Source: an uncultured Gemmatimonadales bacterium (lineage in GTDB: Bacteria; Gemmatimonadota; Gemmatimonadetes; Gemmatimonadales; Gemmatimonadaceae). From it: DNA of 64,000 nucleotides. Position numbers and translations under genes: made by a program. The notes under the pieces were generated by a model that was given only the letters and a program-made list of their open reading frames with translations, had not been told where the DNA came from and searched no databases. The DNA is taken from positions 608,001 through 672,000 of the forward strand of contig CAWBZV010000003.1 of assembly GCA_963793305.1 (NCBI GenBank), in the 5' to 3' direction. Positions 33,827 to 44,288 of the stretch are shown here, piece by piece (the stretch's first letter is position 1; each line of letters begins with the position of its first letter).

Positions 33827-36511
33827 GGTACAGCGGCCGAGAGCGGAGATTCGAGCAGCGTATCCATCGCGTCGGCCGTGATCGGACGCGAGAAGTAGTT
33901 CCCTTGCCCGAGGTGGCAGCCCAGCACGCGTAACTGCGCCAGCTGCCCCTCGGACTCGATGCCCTCGGCGCTCGTCTGCAACTTGAGCGTCTGCCCGAGC
34001 CCGATGATGGCTCGCCCCACGTCGTCGAACGGCTTCGCGATCTTGAGGATGTCGATCGGAAACTGCCGAAGCGAACCGAGCGACGAGTACCCGGTGCCGA
34101 AGTCATCGATCGCCACGCGCACGGACAGCGTCTTGAGCGCCCTCAAGTGTGTCAGCATGAGTTCGGTCTGCTGCATGAGCGCGCTCTCCGTGACCTCGAG
34201 CACCAACGTCGACGGCGGCAGCTCGAACTCGACGAGGGCCGAGCGCAGCGCCTCCATGAGCGTCGGATGCTGGATCTGCTGCGCGGAAAAGTTGACACTG
34301 ATGGTGAGCGGCATGACGCGCGGATGCGCGAGCTGCCAGCGTCGCGCCCGGCGACAGGCCTCTCTCAACACCCATCGCCCAATCGGCACGATGAGCCCGG
34401 TCTCCTCGGCCACCGGCATGAACTCCGCCGGGGTCAGCGTCCCGCGCCGTGGATGCTCCCAGCGCATCAGTGCCTCGACGCCCACGATCGCCCCGCTCGC
34501 GATCTCGAAGATGGGCTGATAGCGCAGCGACAGCTCGTTCCGCTCAACGGCCTGGCGGAGCTCGGCCGCCATCTCGAGCCGCGCGATCGTCTCGGCGTAC
34601 ATGCTCGCCTCGAAGAGCTCATACCGCGCCTTCCCGCGCGCTTTCGCTTGGTACATCGCGGTATCGGCGTTGCGCAGCAGCTCGGATGGGCTCAAGTCAG
34701 GCGTCGCGACCGCGATCCCGATGCTCGCTGACGCGTAGACCTCTTTCCCGTCGACAATGAACGGCTCCCGCAGCGCCGCGGTAATGCGCTCGGCCGCCGC
34801 GGTCGGCGCCATGGGCCCCGACGCGTCCTCAAGCAGAATCGCGAACTCGTCGCCGCCGAGTCGCGCGACGGTGTCGCTCGTGCGCACCGCGTCGCAGAGG
34901 CGCCGCGCGATCGTGGACAGGAGCTGATCGGCCGGCAGATGGCCGAAGCTATCGTTCAGCGTCTTGAAGTTGTCGATGTCGAGGAACAACACCGCGACCG
35001 GGTGACGGCCGTGACGGCCCGTGATCGCCAACGCGTGCGTCACGCGGTCCAGGAATAACGCGCGGTTGGCCAGCCCCGTCAGCGGATCGTGGAATGCCTG
35101 ATGGACGAGCTGCGCCTCGAGCGATTTGCGCTCGGTGATGTCACGAGTATTGATGACGATCCCGTGCACGGTCGGCTCGTGCGTGAGGTTCGTGCCGACC
35201 GCCTCGACGTAGAGCCACCGCCCGTCCCGATGCTGGACGCGCCACTCGCTCGGCGCCGTGACCCCGGGGCGCAGCGCCGCCTCGGTGAACATCGCCTCAC
35301 CGCGCGACGCATCCTCGGCGTGCAGGAGCGCTGTGATCGCGCGACCCTCGATCTCCTCGGGTGTGAACCCGAACACGCGCGTGGCCGACGGGCTCACGTA
35401 GGTGATGATGCCGGCCTCGTCGACGACCGCGATGACGTCCGATGAGTGCTGCACGAGCGCGCGGAAGCGCGCTTCGTTCTGTCGCTTGGCGCGCTCGGAC
35501 ACGAGGCGTGCGTTCTCGCGCACGGCCGCGATCTGGCGCGTGACGACCAGCACCGTCACGACGACCATGGTCATCGCCAGCAGCGACCACGAGGACGGGT
35601 GCGCGCGCAGCGCATCGCGCATCAAGAGCGCCGCGCACAGCGCCAGCGCCGTGTACGGCAGTGGGCTGAACGACTGGACTTCTGTCTCAACGTTCCGGCT
35701 CGGGCGTGTCGCCCGATGTATGCTCCGGATCCGCGGCCGATCGATACAGGCCCCACGTGATCAGCGCGTAGGACAACATCATGGGGATGTCGGTCCACGC
35801 CATGCCGAACGGGCCGACGCGCACGAGCACGAGATCGTTCGCCAGATCGCTGAGCGCGAAGATCGCGACGCCCGAGAAGAAGAGCGCGGACGCCGTCGAG
35901 CCGCGCACCGGTAAGCGGCGCAGCAACACCGTCGTGAGACCCGCGAGTACCAGGATGCTGCCGAGCGGGTAGAGAAAGGTGATGAGCGTGGCGATCGGGC
36001 TGGTCGTCTCGCTCACGGTGGGCACGATGACGAGCTGCCAGATCACGATGCCGCCGCTCAACAGCACCGTGAGGGCGTCGAACATGAACTTGCGGCGTTC
36101 GATCCGCTGGCGACTCGCGAGGGGAAGCGAGACGAGACCCGTGACGAACAGCGGGTACCAGAGGAGATATGGGAGGTTGACCCACCACGAGCCCGTGTAG
36201 TCGCCGAGCTGCAGCACGTTCGTATAGAGGAACGAACATGCGTTTCCGACGGACACGAATAGCCAGGCAGCTCCGAACCACCGGAACGCGCGGCGAATGC
36301 GCTCGTCGACGACGCGTGAAGCAGCGAACCAGGCCATGAAACATGTGACCAGGTTCATCGGCGGGAACGCGAGAATCGTTAGCGGTCTCGTTCCAGCCTG
36401 CGTCTTCAGTGTCGCAAAAACTATAGGATAACTGGCGGCCCAGACCGTCGCGGCGATCGCTAAACCGCGCGCAATGGTTAGAGGGCGCCAATTTTTGGCG
36501 GCCACGGTCAT
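33811..36511 (-). pseudogene. Membrane-anchored PAS-GGDEF-EAL c-di-GMP protein split by a frameshift near 35690-35730 (pseudogene or assembly indel)
   Basis: TM sensor ORF from ATG 36511 stops at 35687; another frame continues VETEVQSFSPLPYTALALCAALLMRDA into PAS, RLGGDEFAILL and VEALMRW domains (33811-35625). Confidence 0.8.
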
Positions 36512-36643
36512 TACAAGAAAGGACGCACAACTGCCCTCGTTCGTTTCGTCCCCAGAGTGGGGGCTGTAACTTATGTAACTTACGCCATTGACGCCACTTA
36601 TCATGTGGCGTGACCCCAGGGGCGATGTCCTCGTTTGGTGGGT

Positions 36644-37123
36644 ATGCGGCTCGCGCTCGAAGCTCCCGAACGGCTCGCTATTCACGATCACGCGACTGGT
36701 ATCCGCATCCTCGGCGGGATCCTGGTCGTGCTCGGCGCCGTGTACTCGAACGTCCCCGGCGTCGCGTGTGCGGTCGCGGGGCTTCTGACTATTCTCCTCC
36801 CGGAGGAGAGACGTATAGTCATCGACCGCGAGGCCGGCATCGTCACCATCGATCGGCGTGGCGGCGGTGGCTGGAGTCGCGCTCTCTACCCCCTCTCGGC
36901 CGTCGCCGACGTCGTGCTCGAGGAGAGCGACGAAGAGGCTTCCACCGGCCGCTTCCGCGTCGCCTTCGTGCTCCGCGACGGGGGCCGCGTTCCGTGGACC
37001 TGGTCCTACTCCCGCGCCGCCGCCGGCGCCCGCGCGCACATCGACGCCGTGCGCCGATTCCTCGGAACCGCCGCGCTTCCGCCCGCCGTCCAACAACCTC
37101 GGCCCCGGCGTTCGGCGACCTAG
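36644..37123 (+). CDS. Hypothetical membrane protein (two TM helices plus soluble domain)
   Basis: ORF 36635-37123, ATG 36644; hydrophobic hairpin then beta-rich segment. Confidence 0.6.
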   Translation: MRLALEAPERLAIHDHATGIRILGGILVVLGAVYSNVPGVACAVAGLLTILLPEERRIVIDREAGIVTIDRRGGGGWSRALYPLSAVADVVLEESDEEASTGRFRVAFVLRDGGRVPWTWSYSRAAAGARAHIDAVRRFLGTAALPPAVQQPRPRRSAT

Positions 37124-37140
37124 CCACTAGCTTTCGCGGC

Positions 37141-38244
37141 ATGACGGCGTCAGTCCCGGTCGAGATTGTCGACGAAGTAAATGCCAGAATCCTGGCGGTG
37201 TCCGAAGATCGCGTCGCGGGATTCTCGCGGGACCCATTTGGCGAGATCGCTTTAGCGTCCGGCGTAGAGCTGCCGGTGGTGCTCGAAAGGCTCAAAGCCA
37301 TGCTCGCCACGGGCACGATCCGCCGGATCCGCCAGACGCTGATGGCGACGAACCTGGCGCCGGGCGCACTCGTCGCGTGGAAGATCGCGCCCGAGAAGCT
37401 CGATACCGGCTTCGACTACATGGTCGAGCGCGACCCGTTCTCGGGCCACGTCGTGATCCGCTCAACGGACGCCGAGACGCCGGGGTCAGCGTATCGACTC
37501 TGGACGACGCTGAAAGTCCCGCAGGGCTACTCGATGGAAGCTCACTGCGAGTATCTCCGCCGTCAGATCGGGGCCGAGTCGTTCCGGATGATGCCGGCGA
37601 AGCGCTTGTTCGTGCTCGGCGTCGGCCACGTACGCCGGCGCACGATCGAGCCAGGCGACAAGAGCGATGAGCCAGGCGCCGTGCTCGACACCGCGATCGT
37701 CGAGCTCTCGCCACTCGAATGGCGCGTGCTCGAGCCGCTCAAGCGCGAGTTTGCCCCTGATGAGGTTCGTGAGGACTCGTGGGTATCGCGCGCGGCCGAG
37801 GCCGGAGTGTCGATCGACGAGTTTTGCGCGGTGGCGGGCCGGCTCAACGAGCGCGGCGTAATCGGTCGGTTCTCGACGTTCTTGGAGCACGTCAAGCCGT
37901 CGAGCACCGGAGTCCGCGTGACGCGATACAACGCGCTATTCCACTGGCGCGTCCCGCCAGGCCGCGAGATCGAGGCCGGCCGCGAGATCGGACGGCACCA
38001 TATCCTGACGCACGCCTACTGGCGCGAAGGCGGCCCGGAGTTCGCCAACGTGAACGTGATGGCCGTCGCCCACGGCACGGACAAGGCCCTCGTGCTCGCG
38101 CACAAAGCCGCGATCGACCAGCACCTCGCGGACATAGGGATGCCGGTCGACTACACGAACGTGTTCTGGGGCGGGCGGAGCGAGATCAAGCCATCAGAAA
38201 TCAGCCCCGCGGCGTACGCTGCGTGGTTACTCCAGCGTGCGTAG
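37141..38244 (+). CDS. Tandem Lrp/AsnC-fold protein, siroheme decarboxylase (AhbA/AhbB, NirDL)-like fusion
   Basis: Two repeats of HTH + GxIRR/GVIGRF + (N/G)ALxxW + HxxxR (GHVVIR, THAYWR) and MAVAHG; start ATG 37141. Confidence 0.65.
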   Translation: MTASVPVEIVDEVNARILAVSEDRVAGFSRDPFGEIALASGVELPVVLERLKAMLATGTIRRIRQTLMATNLAPGALVAWKIAPEKLDTGFDYMVERDPFSGHVVIRSTDAETPGSAYRLWTTLKVPQGYSMEAHCEYLRRQIGAESFRMMPAKRLFVLGVGHVRRRTIEPGDKSDEPGAVLDTAIVELSPLEWRVLEPLKREFAPDEVREDSWVSRAAEAGVSIDEFCAVAGRLNERGVIGRFSTFLEHVKPSSTGVRVTRYNALFHWRVPPGREIEAGREIGRHHILTHAYWREGGPEFANVNVMAVAHGTDKALVLAHKAAIDQHLADIGMPVDYTNVFWGGRSEIKPSEISPAAYAAWLLQRA

Positions 38245-38502
38245 GATGCGCGGCCACACTAACGTCGCATAACGAAAGAAGTTTTCTCGCGCCTCCGGGT
38301 GCTCAGACAGAAACCGGGCCAAGGACATGTGTCCTTTGGCCCGGTTGCATGTCTGACATGCCGTCACGAGATTGCCGCCCGATCGGTCACCACCCTTCAC
38401 CCGCGGCTGCAAATGATCAGTTGTCAGGTCCTCGACGGGGCACACCAACCCACAATACACGCAGCGATAGCCGTCCCTCTCAAAGATCTCCTCACGCGTC
38501 AG
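38227..38502 (-). CDS. Small HNH endonuclease; proposed CTG start
   Basis: (M)TREEIFERDGYRCVYCG...TTDHLQPRVKGG...NLVTACQTCNRAKG. Confidence 0.85.
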   Translation of the reverse strand: MTREEIFERDGYRCVYCGLVCPVEDLTTDHLQPRVKGGDRSGGNLVTACQTCNRAKGHMSLARFLSEHPEARENFFRYATLVWPRILRTLE

Positions 38503-39893
38503 GGCAAGCTCCCGCTCGAAGCAGCCGTCTGCAGTCCACGGACATTCACCTTCGCCCCCTGCGTCAAGCGAGACTGACCGTCGGTCACGACGCGCTCGCC
38601 TTCGGCGAGCCCCCTGGAGATCACGACCAGCGTGTCCGCCACACGACTCACCACGATCGGCCGCTGCTGGGCCGTGTTCGCTTTATCAATCACAAAAACA
38701 TAGCTGCCCTGCTGACCCGTCATGACCGCCTGCTGCGGCACGACGAGTGCGTCCTGCTGCACGTAGAGCCGCAATGTCGTGGCCACGTACTCGCCGGGCC
38801 ACAGCTCGCCGCGCTGGTTGCCGAACGTCCCCTTGAGGAGCACGGTCCCCGTCACCGTATCGACGGCGTTGTTCACGAACGAGAGCGTGCCCGTGGTCTG
38901 CGGCACGTTCACCGTCACCGGACCCGAGGCCGGCGCACCGCTCGCGCCGCCCGACGAGCGCGGCTGGCTCGTCACCGCCGGATGGCTCGGTGGGCCACTC
39001 GCCTGCTGCTGCGGTTGCGGCGATTGCGCTGAGGGCTGCGATGCCGTCGGCGCGGGATCTCCCGACGAGATCAACGTCCCTGGCGGCGCGTCGGTCTGCT
39101 GATCGTTGGCCGAGGGCGGCAGCGCGCTCGTCGTCGGCGACACGGTCACCGGCAGCGATCCGGTCGAGATGTACTTCTGAATGTCCGGCAGGTTCGTCGC
39201 CGGCACCGCGAACTGCACGTAGATCGGCTTGATCTGGTTGATCACCACGAGCGGCGTCGCGGCGGCACCGTGCACGAGATTGCCCTCGCGCACGAGCAGC
39301 TGTCCCGTGCGACCCGAGATCGGCGCCCGCACGGCCGAGTTGTCGAGGTTGAACTTCGCGTTGGCGACGGCCGCCGAATCCAATGCGACGGTCGCCTGGG
39401 CGACGCCCGCGTTGGCGCGGATCTGATCGGCCTGCTCTTTCGTCACGTAATCTTTCTGAACGAGATCGTCGTAGCGCACGACCTCGGCGGCGGCATTCAC
39501 GAGCGTTGCTTTATCCCGAGCCAGCGCCGCGACGGCCTGGTTGTACGCCGCCCGATACGGAATCGGGTCGATCTCGAACAAGAGTTGACCTGCCTGGACC
39601 TCATCTCCTTCGCGGAATGCCACTTTCCTGACGATGCCGTCGACCTGCGACGCGACGGCGGCCGTCTGAATTGGATAGACGGTGCCGTTCGCGCCAATGT
39701 TGTACGGCACGGCCGCGCGGCGAACCGACGCCACGGCCACCGGGACGGGCATGTTGGCGCCAGCCCCGCCACGGCCGCCGCGCTTACCGCCGCCGCCGGT
39801 GCTGGTACTAGCGCCGCCGCTAGCCGTGCCTTGCTGTTTTGAACCGCACGCAAGCAACACGGCGGTGAGCGTGAAAATCGCGAGTGTCTTCAT
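38499..39893 (-). CDS. Efflux RND periplasmic adaptor (MFP) lipoprotein
   Basis: LLAC lipobox; SQVDGIV, FREGDEVQAGQLLFEID, RAPISGRTG, VDTVTGT and VVTDGQ motifs; long P/Q/S/A-rich insert. Confidence 0.92.
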   Translation of the reverse strand: MKTLAIFTLTAVLLACGSKQQGTASGGASTSTGGGGKRGGRGGAGANMPVPVAVASVRRAAVPYNIGANGTVYPIQTAAVASQVDGIVRKVAFREGDEVQAGQLLFEIDPIPYRAAYNQAVAALARDKATLVNAAAEVVRYDDLVQKDYVTKEQADQIRANAGVAQATVALDSAAVANAKFNLDNSAVRAPISGRTGQLLVREGNLVHGAAATPLVVINQIKPIYVQFAVPATNLPDIQKYISTGSLPVTVSPTTSALPPSANDQQTDAPPGTLISSGDPAPTASQPSAQSPQPQQQASGPPSHPAVTSQPRSSGGASGAPASGPVTVNVPQTTGTLSFVNNAVDTVTGTVLLKGTFGNQRGELWPGEYVATTLRLYVQQDALVVPQQAVMTGQQGSYVFVIDKANTAQQRPIVVSRVADTLVVISRGLAEGERVVTDGQSRLTQGAKVNVRGLQTAASSGSLP

Positions 39894-41410
39894 CGAGAAC
39901 CACGACTTGTTGAGTCCGACGTGAGTTGGATCGGCATCTCGCCATGAATCCCGATCACACCGGCATCATGCGAAAGTTGAGCGAGGTCGGCGTACCACGT
40001 CCACCGCGCCTGGGCTTCGGTCGCCCGTGCGCTAGACAGCGCCGCCTCGGCCGTCAGAAGATCGAGGATCGCGCCGACGCCCTGCTTGTATTTGCCGAGC
40101 GCGACATCATAGTTGCTCTGCGCGCTGGTGAGGAGATCCGTCGACGACTTCACCTGTGCCGTTGCCGTGCGCAGGTTGTAAAACGACGTGAAAACCTGAT
40201 ACACGACCAGGTCACGTTGATACTCTGCGTTGGCGTCGGCCGCCCTCGCCAACTCTTTGGCTTGCAGGATGTCGTAGTAGTTCTGCAGGCCGGAGAAGAT
40301 CGGGATCGACACACCGGCTTGGAGCGTCCACGTGTGTCCGTTGAGCTGCGACTGCTGCGCGCTATAGAACGTCTGACTGCCCGTCGCGCCGAGAGTGACC
40401 TGCGGCAGCCAGGCGCCGCGAGCCACCGCGATATTCGCGTGCTGCTCGCGCGCGAGGGCGCGGAAGGACGCGAGATCGGGGCGGTGGTTCACCGCCTCGT
40501 CCACCAACGAATCGACCGACTGCGCGATCGACTGCACCGGCACGTTCGGCGGCTCGGGCGCGATGTCGTACGGCAGATTCGCGGGGAACCCGAGCGCCAC
40601 GGCGAGCGACCCGCGCGTCGTCTGCACCGAGCCCTCGTCCGTCTCGAGCGTGAACACGGACTGCGAGTACGTCACCTGCGCCTGCAGCACGTCCGAGATC
40701 GTCGCGACGCCCGCGTCGTGGCGGTCCTTCGCCGACGCGAGACCGACGCTATCCTCTTGCACGGTCTTGAGCGCACCGTCGCGAATGGCCTTCGCCGCGT
40801 TGTAATTGCAGTACGACTGGATGATCGCCAGCGTGACCGCTTGCACGGTCGCGTTGTGCGTATACGAGGCGGAGAACGCCGCTTCTTTCGCCGCATCCAT
40901 CGCGCCGAACCGCCCGAAATCCCACAGCAGCCACGTCGCTGACGCGGTGGGTTGGAATATGCCTTTATCGCGACCATGCTCCGTCTGGCCGCCGTTCCCG
41001 GTGCCGACCGTCGTACCGCCCAGGGTCGACCCGGTGCCTCCGCTCGAACCCGTACGCTCAGCGGTCGCACCGGCGGTCACTTGTGGCAAGTACTTGCCGA
41101 AGGTCGAGCCAATGACAGCGCCGGCCGCGCGCGCCTGTGCATACGAGGCGCGCGTTTGCGGATTGTTGAGCAACCCGAGGTCCACGACATCTTGGAGCGT
41201 CAGTTGATTGATACGCTGCTCGATATCCGTTGGGACCACGTTCTTCGGGACGGAATCCCGCACCTTGGCCTGCGCCGGCGGCGTCCAAAACTGATTCGGA
41301 GCTTCGGGCGCGCTGGGTTTCCCACCCACATTAGGTGGATTATGGATACAGGCGGCCAAGCCGCCGAGCAGGACCAAAACCGCGGTCTCTGCGGCTCGTG
41401 CCTTTCTCAT
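39890..41410 (-). CDS. TolC-family outer membrane efflux lipoprotein
   Basis: LAAC lipobox; LTLQDVVDLGLLNNP, WLLWDFG, RPDL and YKQGVGAILDLLTAE motifs. Confidence 0.9.
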   Translation of the reverse strand: MRKARAAETAVLVLLGGLAACIHNPPNVGGKPSAPEAPNQFWTPPAQAKVRDSVPKNVVPTDIEQRINQLTLQDVVDLGLLNNPQTRASYAQARAAGAVIGSTFGKYLPQVTAGATAERTGSSGGTGSTLGGTTVGTGNGGQTEHGRDKGIFQPTASATWLLWDFGRFGAMDAAKEAAFSASYTHNATVQAVTLAIIQSYCNYNAAKAIRDGALKTVQEDSVGLASAKDRHDAGVATISDVLQAQVTYSQSVFTLETDEGSVQTTRGSLAVALGFPANLPYDIAPEPPNVPVQSIAQSVDSLVDEAVNHRPDLASFRALAREQHANIAVARGAWLPQVTLGATGSQTFYSAQQSQLNGHTWTLQAGVSIPIFSGLQNYYDILQAKELARAADANAEYQRDLVVYQVFTSFYNLRTATAQVKSSTDLLTSAQSNYDVALGKYKQGVGAILDLLTAEAALSSARATEAQARWTWYADLAQLSHDAGVIGIHGEMPIQLTSDSTSRGSR

Positions 41411-41434
41411 ACTGATCAGTACGGGTAACAGGGT

Positions 41435-43141
41435 CTATTTGTTGGAGCGTAACTCCTCGGCGGCCGCTAGCGCATAACCGATATTGTCTGACAACGCGCG
41501 CCCTTGCTCGGTTGCACTAGTGACGGTGTCCACGCCTAACGACCGCAAGCGGAGCAAGTCGAGGGCCAGGTTCTGCAAAACGAGCGAGGCCCGCTCGAGC
41601 TGGGCGGTCAGTTCTACCCGGCGCGCCGAGAGCTGCGGGCGGAGCGACTCGGGCGTCTCGACATCGATGCGGTGCAGCGCCGTGGCGTAGTCCGCGATCT
41701 GGTCGACCAACTCGTTGGCCGCCGGAGTCGGGTCCTGCGTTACGGGCGCTCCCGACTTTTTCGCGGCTGCCTTGAGCTTGGCATAGTGGTCGATCACCGC
41801 GGCATGGTCACCGGTCGCCCTGCGGACGACGGCGCCATACGGGCCGTTCAATACGTCGGGTGCAACGAGCCGGGACGCCGAGCGTTCGCCCGAGGCGAGC
41901 GCTCCGCGACCAACCGTCACCGGGTTCCCCATGAGCGCCGCCCAGGGGTTCACCCCGTCGGCCCACAGTTTTCCGGCGCTCCGCACGATCGGGAAGCCCG
42001 GCCAGATCGTGACCCAGAAGAACCAGATGTCGTGCAGGCCCGACATGGCGTTGATCCCGAACCAGAGCGCGTTCCAACCGAGGAACGATACGGTCGCGCG
42101 CCGGAAGTTCCTGATCCTGAGCGCCAGCCCCTCAGCGTCCGTCCGGTCTGACAGCTTCTCGGCCTTGGCCCTGCCAGTGCTCACGAGTGCGGGAGACGGA
42201 GCAGGCGAATACGCCGGTGCATATGCCGGCGCCGGTGCATATGCGGGCGTGGGTGGCGGTGTGGGTGCCGGAGTGAACTTCGGCATGCTGTCCGGGAAAT
42301 CCAACGCCTTGACCACTGATGCGGCGTCCTGAAAGCGATCGGCGGGATTTTTTTGCAGGAGCCGATTGATAATCGCGACGAGATCGTCGGGCACGTCGGC
42401 CCGCACTTCTTTAATTGGCCGCGGCATCTCGGTGAGATGCTTGACGAGCAACGCGGCGGTGTTCGACCCCGCGAAGGGCGGTGTCCCGACGAGCGCCGCG
42501 TAGATGACGACACCGAGCGAGTAGAGATCGCTGCGCCCGTCGACCGCGCGCTCGCCCGTGCACTGCTCGGGAGACATGTACGCCGGTGTGCCGATGGCGA
42601 CGCCGGTGGCCGTGAGCCGTGTACCGGTGGTGTCGTCCGCGGCGCGCGCGATGCCGAAGTCGGTGACCATGGCGCGACCATCGTCGCGCTGCAACATGAT
42701 GTTGTCCGGCTTGATGTCGCGATGGATGACGCCGCGCGCATGGGCGTAGGCGAGGGCATCGGCGACCTGCCGGAGCAACAGTCGGGCTTCGACGATGCCT
42801 ACGCGTCCGTGTGTCGTGAGCCGCTGGGCCAGCGTCTCGCCGTCGACGAACTGCATGATGAAGTAGACGAAGCCGTCTTTCTCGTCGACCGAGTAGATCG
42901 GCACAATGTTCGGGTGCGACAACTGTGCGGCCATTTCGGCTTCGCGCAGAAATCGTGACCGAATCTCGTCCCGGTAGGCGAGCTCCGGCGGGAGGAGCTT
43001 GACGGCGACCGAGCGCTTGAGCCGTGTGTCCTTTGCGCGGTACACGATGCCCATGCCACCACGCCCGATCTCTGCCTCCAAGGCATATCCGGGCGCGAGC
43101 ACTTGCGCGAAACGCGCTTGTAGGGCGGGATCTTGAGCCAT
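41435..43141 (-). CDS. Ser/Thr protein kinase with 2-TM segment and helical C-terminus
   Basis: GRGGMGIVY, HRDIKPDN, DFG and GTPAYMSPEQ motifs; Pro/Ala linker. Confidence 0.92.
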   Translation of the reverse strand: MAQDPALQARFAQVLAPGYALEAEIGRGGMGIVYRAKDTRLKRSVAVKLLPPELAYRDEIRSRFLREAEMAAQLSHPNIVPIYSVDEKDGFVYFIMQFVDGETLAQRLTTHGRVGIVEARLLLRQVADALAYAHARGVIHRDIKPDNIMLQRDDGRAMVTDFGIARAADDTTGTRLTATGVAIGTPAYMSPEQCTGERAVDGRSDLYSLGVVIYAALVGTPPFAGSNTAALLVKHLTEMPRPIKEVRADVPDDLVAIINRLLQKNPADRFQDAASVVKALDFPDSMPKFTPAPTPPPTPAYAPAPAYAPAYSPAPSPALVSTGRAKAEKLSDRTDAEGLALRIRNFRRATVSFLGWNALWFGINAMSGLHDIWFFWVTIWPGFPIVRSAGKLWADGVNPWAALMGNPVTVGRGALASGERSASRLVAPDVLNGPYGAVVRRATGDHAAVIDHYAKLKAAAKKSGAPVTQDPTPAANELVDQIADYATALHRIDVETPESLRPQLSARRVELTAQLERASLVLQNLALDLLRLRSLGVDTVTSATEQGRALSDNIGYALAAAEELRSNK

Positions 43142-43196
43142 AGCGTGACCAGTGCCAGAGGACCGGCGTCTCGTTCTCGGAACATAACGGTCTCCG

Positions 43197-44288
43197 GTGC
43201 CGGTGTCTCTCTCAGTGAAGCAAGTGGTAATGGGTGTCGCAGGAGGCGGGCTCGTTCTCGGGCTCGCCGGATTCGCGGTGTATCACCAGGCCTCCATCAA
43301 TTCGTCCGAACGGGCTCTCCGTGAGATCGAAAGGTCCTTTCGGGATCATGATGGGACACGGCTCGCGTATTACCTCAATACGGATGCAGTGACCCAACAA
43401 GTTTCCGACGAGGGCGTCGACTGGCTTTCGTCGCAGCACGACCAGGGCACGCTGAGGGCCCTGATCGCCGAAGTGCCTGGGGCAGAACAAGGTGCGACGG
43501 ACAGCGCGGCTCGCATCCTGGCGCTCAAGTCCGCGTTGGCCGAAAAGGGAGGCAAGGGCATTGCGATGGCGCTGTCCTCGGGGACGGCCGACAGCGCTGA
43601 TGTCGCGGTACGCCTCTTGGCGGCGTTCGCGGGGCTCCCACCGCTCGATGTCATTCTGGCCGGTGACCACCTCGAGTTGTCGGAGATCGGCGCGGCCAAG
43701 GGCACCGGGACGGACCGCGTCATACCCGTTGTGCTGCACGATCGCGAGCTCAATATCCAGGTCGTCGTTGGCGTCGGCGTGCACCATCAAGGGGCGCGTT
43801 GGCAAGTGAGCGGCATCGATGGGCTGGATCATACGCTCGAGACGCTGGACAACGCGCAGCAAGAGCGCTTGATCGTCGCCAATCGGCCGATCGAGAGCCA
43901 GTTGCAGGACCTCGTCGGGATCGGCGCGCCGAACATCTCGAAAACAGCGCACGGACGGTACCGGACCTCCGTGCGACTCCAGCTTCGCATCGACAACAAA
44001 GGGTCGGATATCGTGCGCGGGATCGATCTCGCGCTCTCGACGCGCTCATCCGACGACGAGCACGCCGAGATGCTCCATGTCGACGGGCCGATTCCCGCGG
44101 GTGGGGCCGTAATGGCCGAGTGGTCGTTCGATGAGACGCGGCGCGGGACGAGCCGCACGGCGTCGTTGCTCTCGCACCCGGATGACCTGACGCTCCGCGC
44201 CCGCCGAGTCGTGGTCGACTCCGCGGGCGTGGCCGATACGGTGCAGCTCTTCAAGAGCTATCGCGCGCTACGCCGGCGGAATCGTTAG
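43197..44288 (+). CDS. Hypothetical protein with N-terminal membrane anchor
   Basis: 363-aa ORF with coding-like codon usage; no recognised family. Confidence 0.65.
   Translation: MPVSLSVKQVVMGVAGGGLVLGLAGFAVYHQASINSSERALREIERSFRDHDGTRLAYYLNTDAVTQQVSDEGVDWLSSQHDQGTLRALIAEVPGAEQGATDSAARILALKSALAEKGGKGIAMALSSGTADSADVAVRLLAAFAGLPPLDVILAGDHLELSEIGAAKGTGTDRVIPVVLHDRELNIQVVVGVGVHHQGARWQVSGIDGLDHTLETLDNAQQERLIVANRPIESQLQDLVGIGAPNISKTAHGRYRTSVRLQLRIDNKGSDIVRGIDLALSTRSSDDEHAEMLHVDGPIPAGGAVMAEWSFDETRRGTSRTASLLSHPDDLTLRARRVVVDSAGVADTVQLFKSYRALRRRNR

Noticed and set aside
36512..37096. N-terminal extension of the membrane sensor ORF
   Set aside because: Overlaps the opposite-strand gene at 36644 and an AT-richer promoter region; the hydrophobic domain begins at ATG 36511.
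38227..38502. HNH gene as a homing endonuclease or defence system
   Set aside because: No intron, intein, methyltransferase or ATPase partner nearby; a minimal stand-alone HNH is common.
42190..42280. Short tandem repeats (GCCGGTGCATATGC twice) in the kinase gene
   Set aside because: They encode an ordinary Pro/Ala/Tyr linker (PAYAPAPAYAPAYSP).
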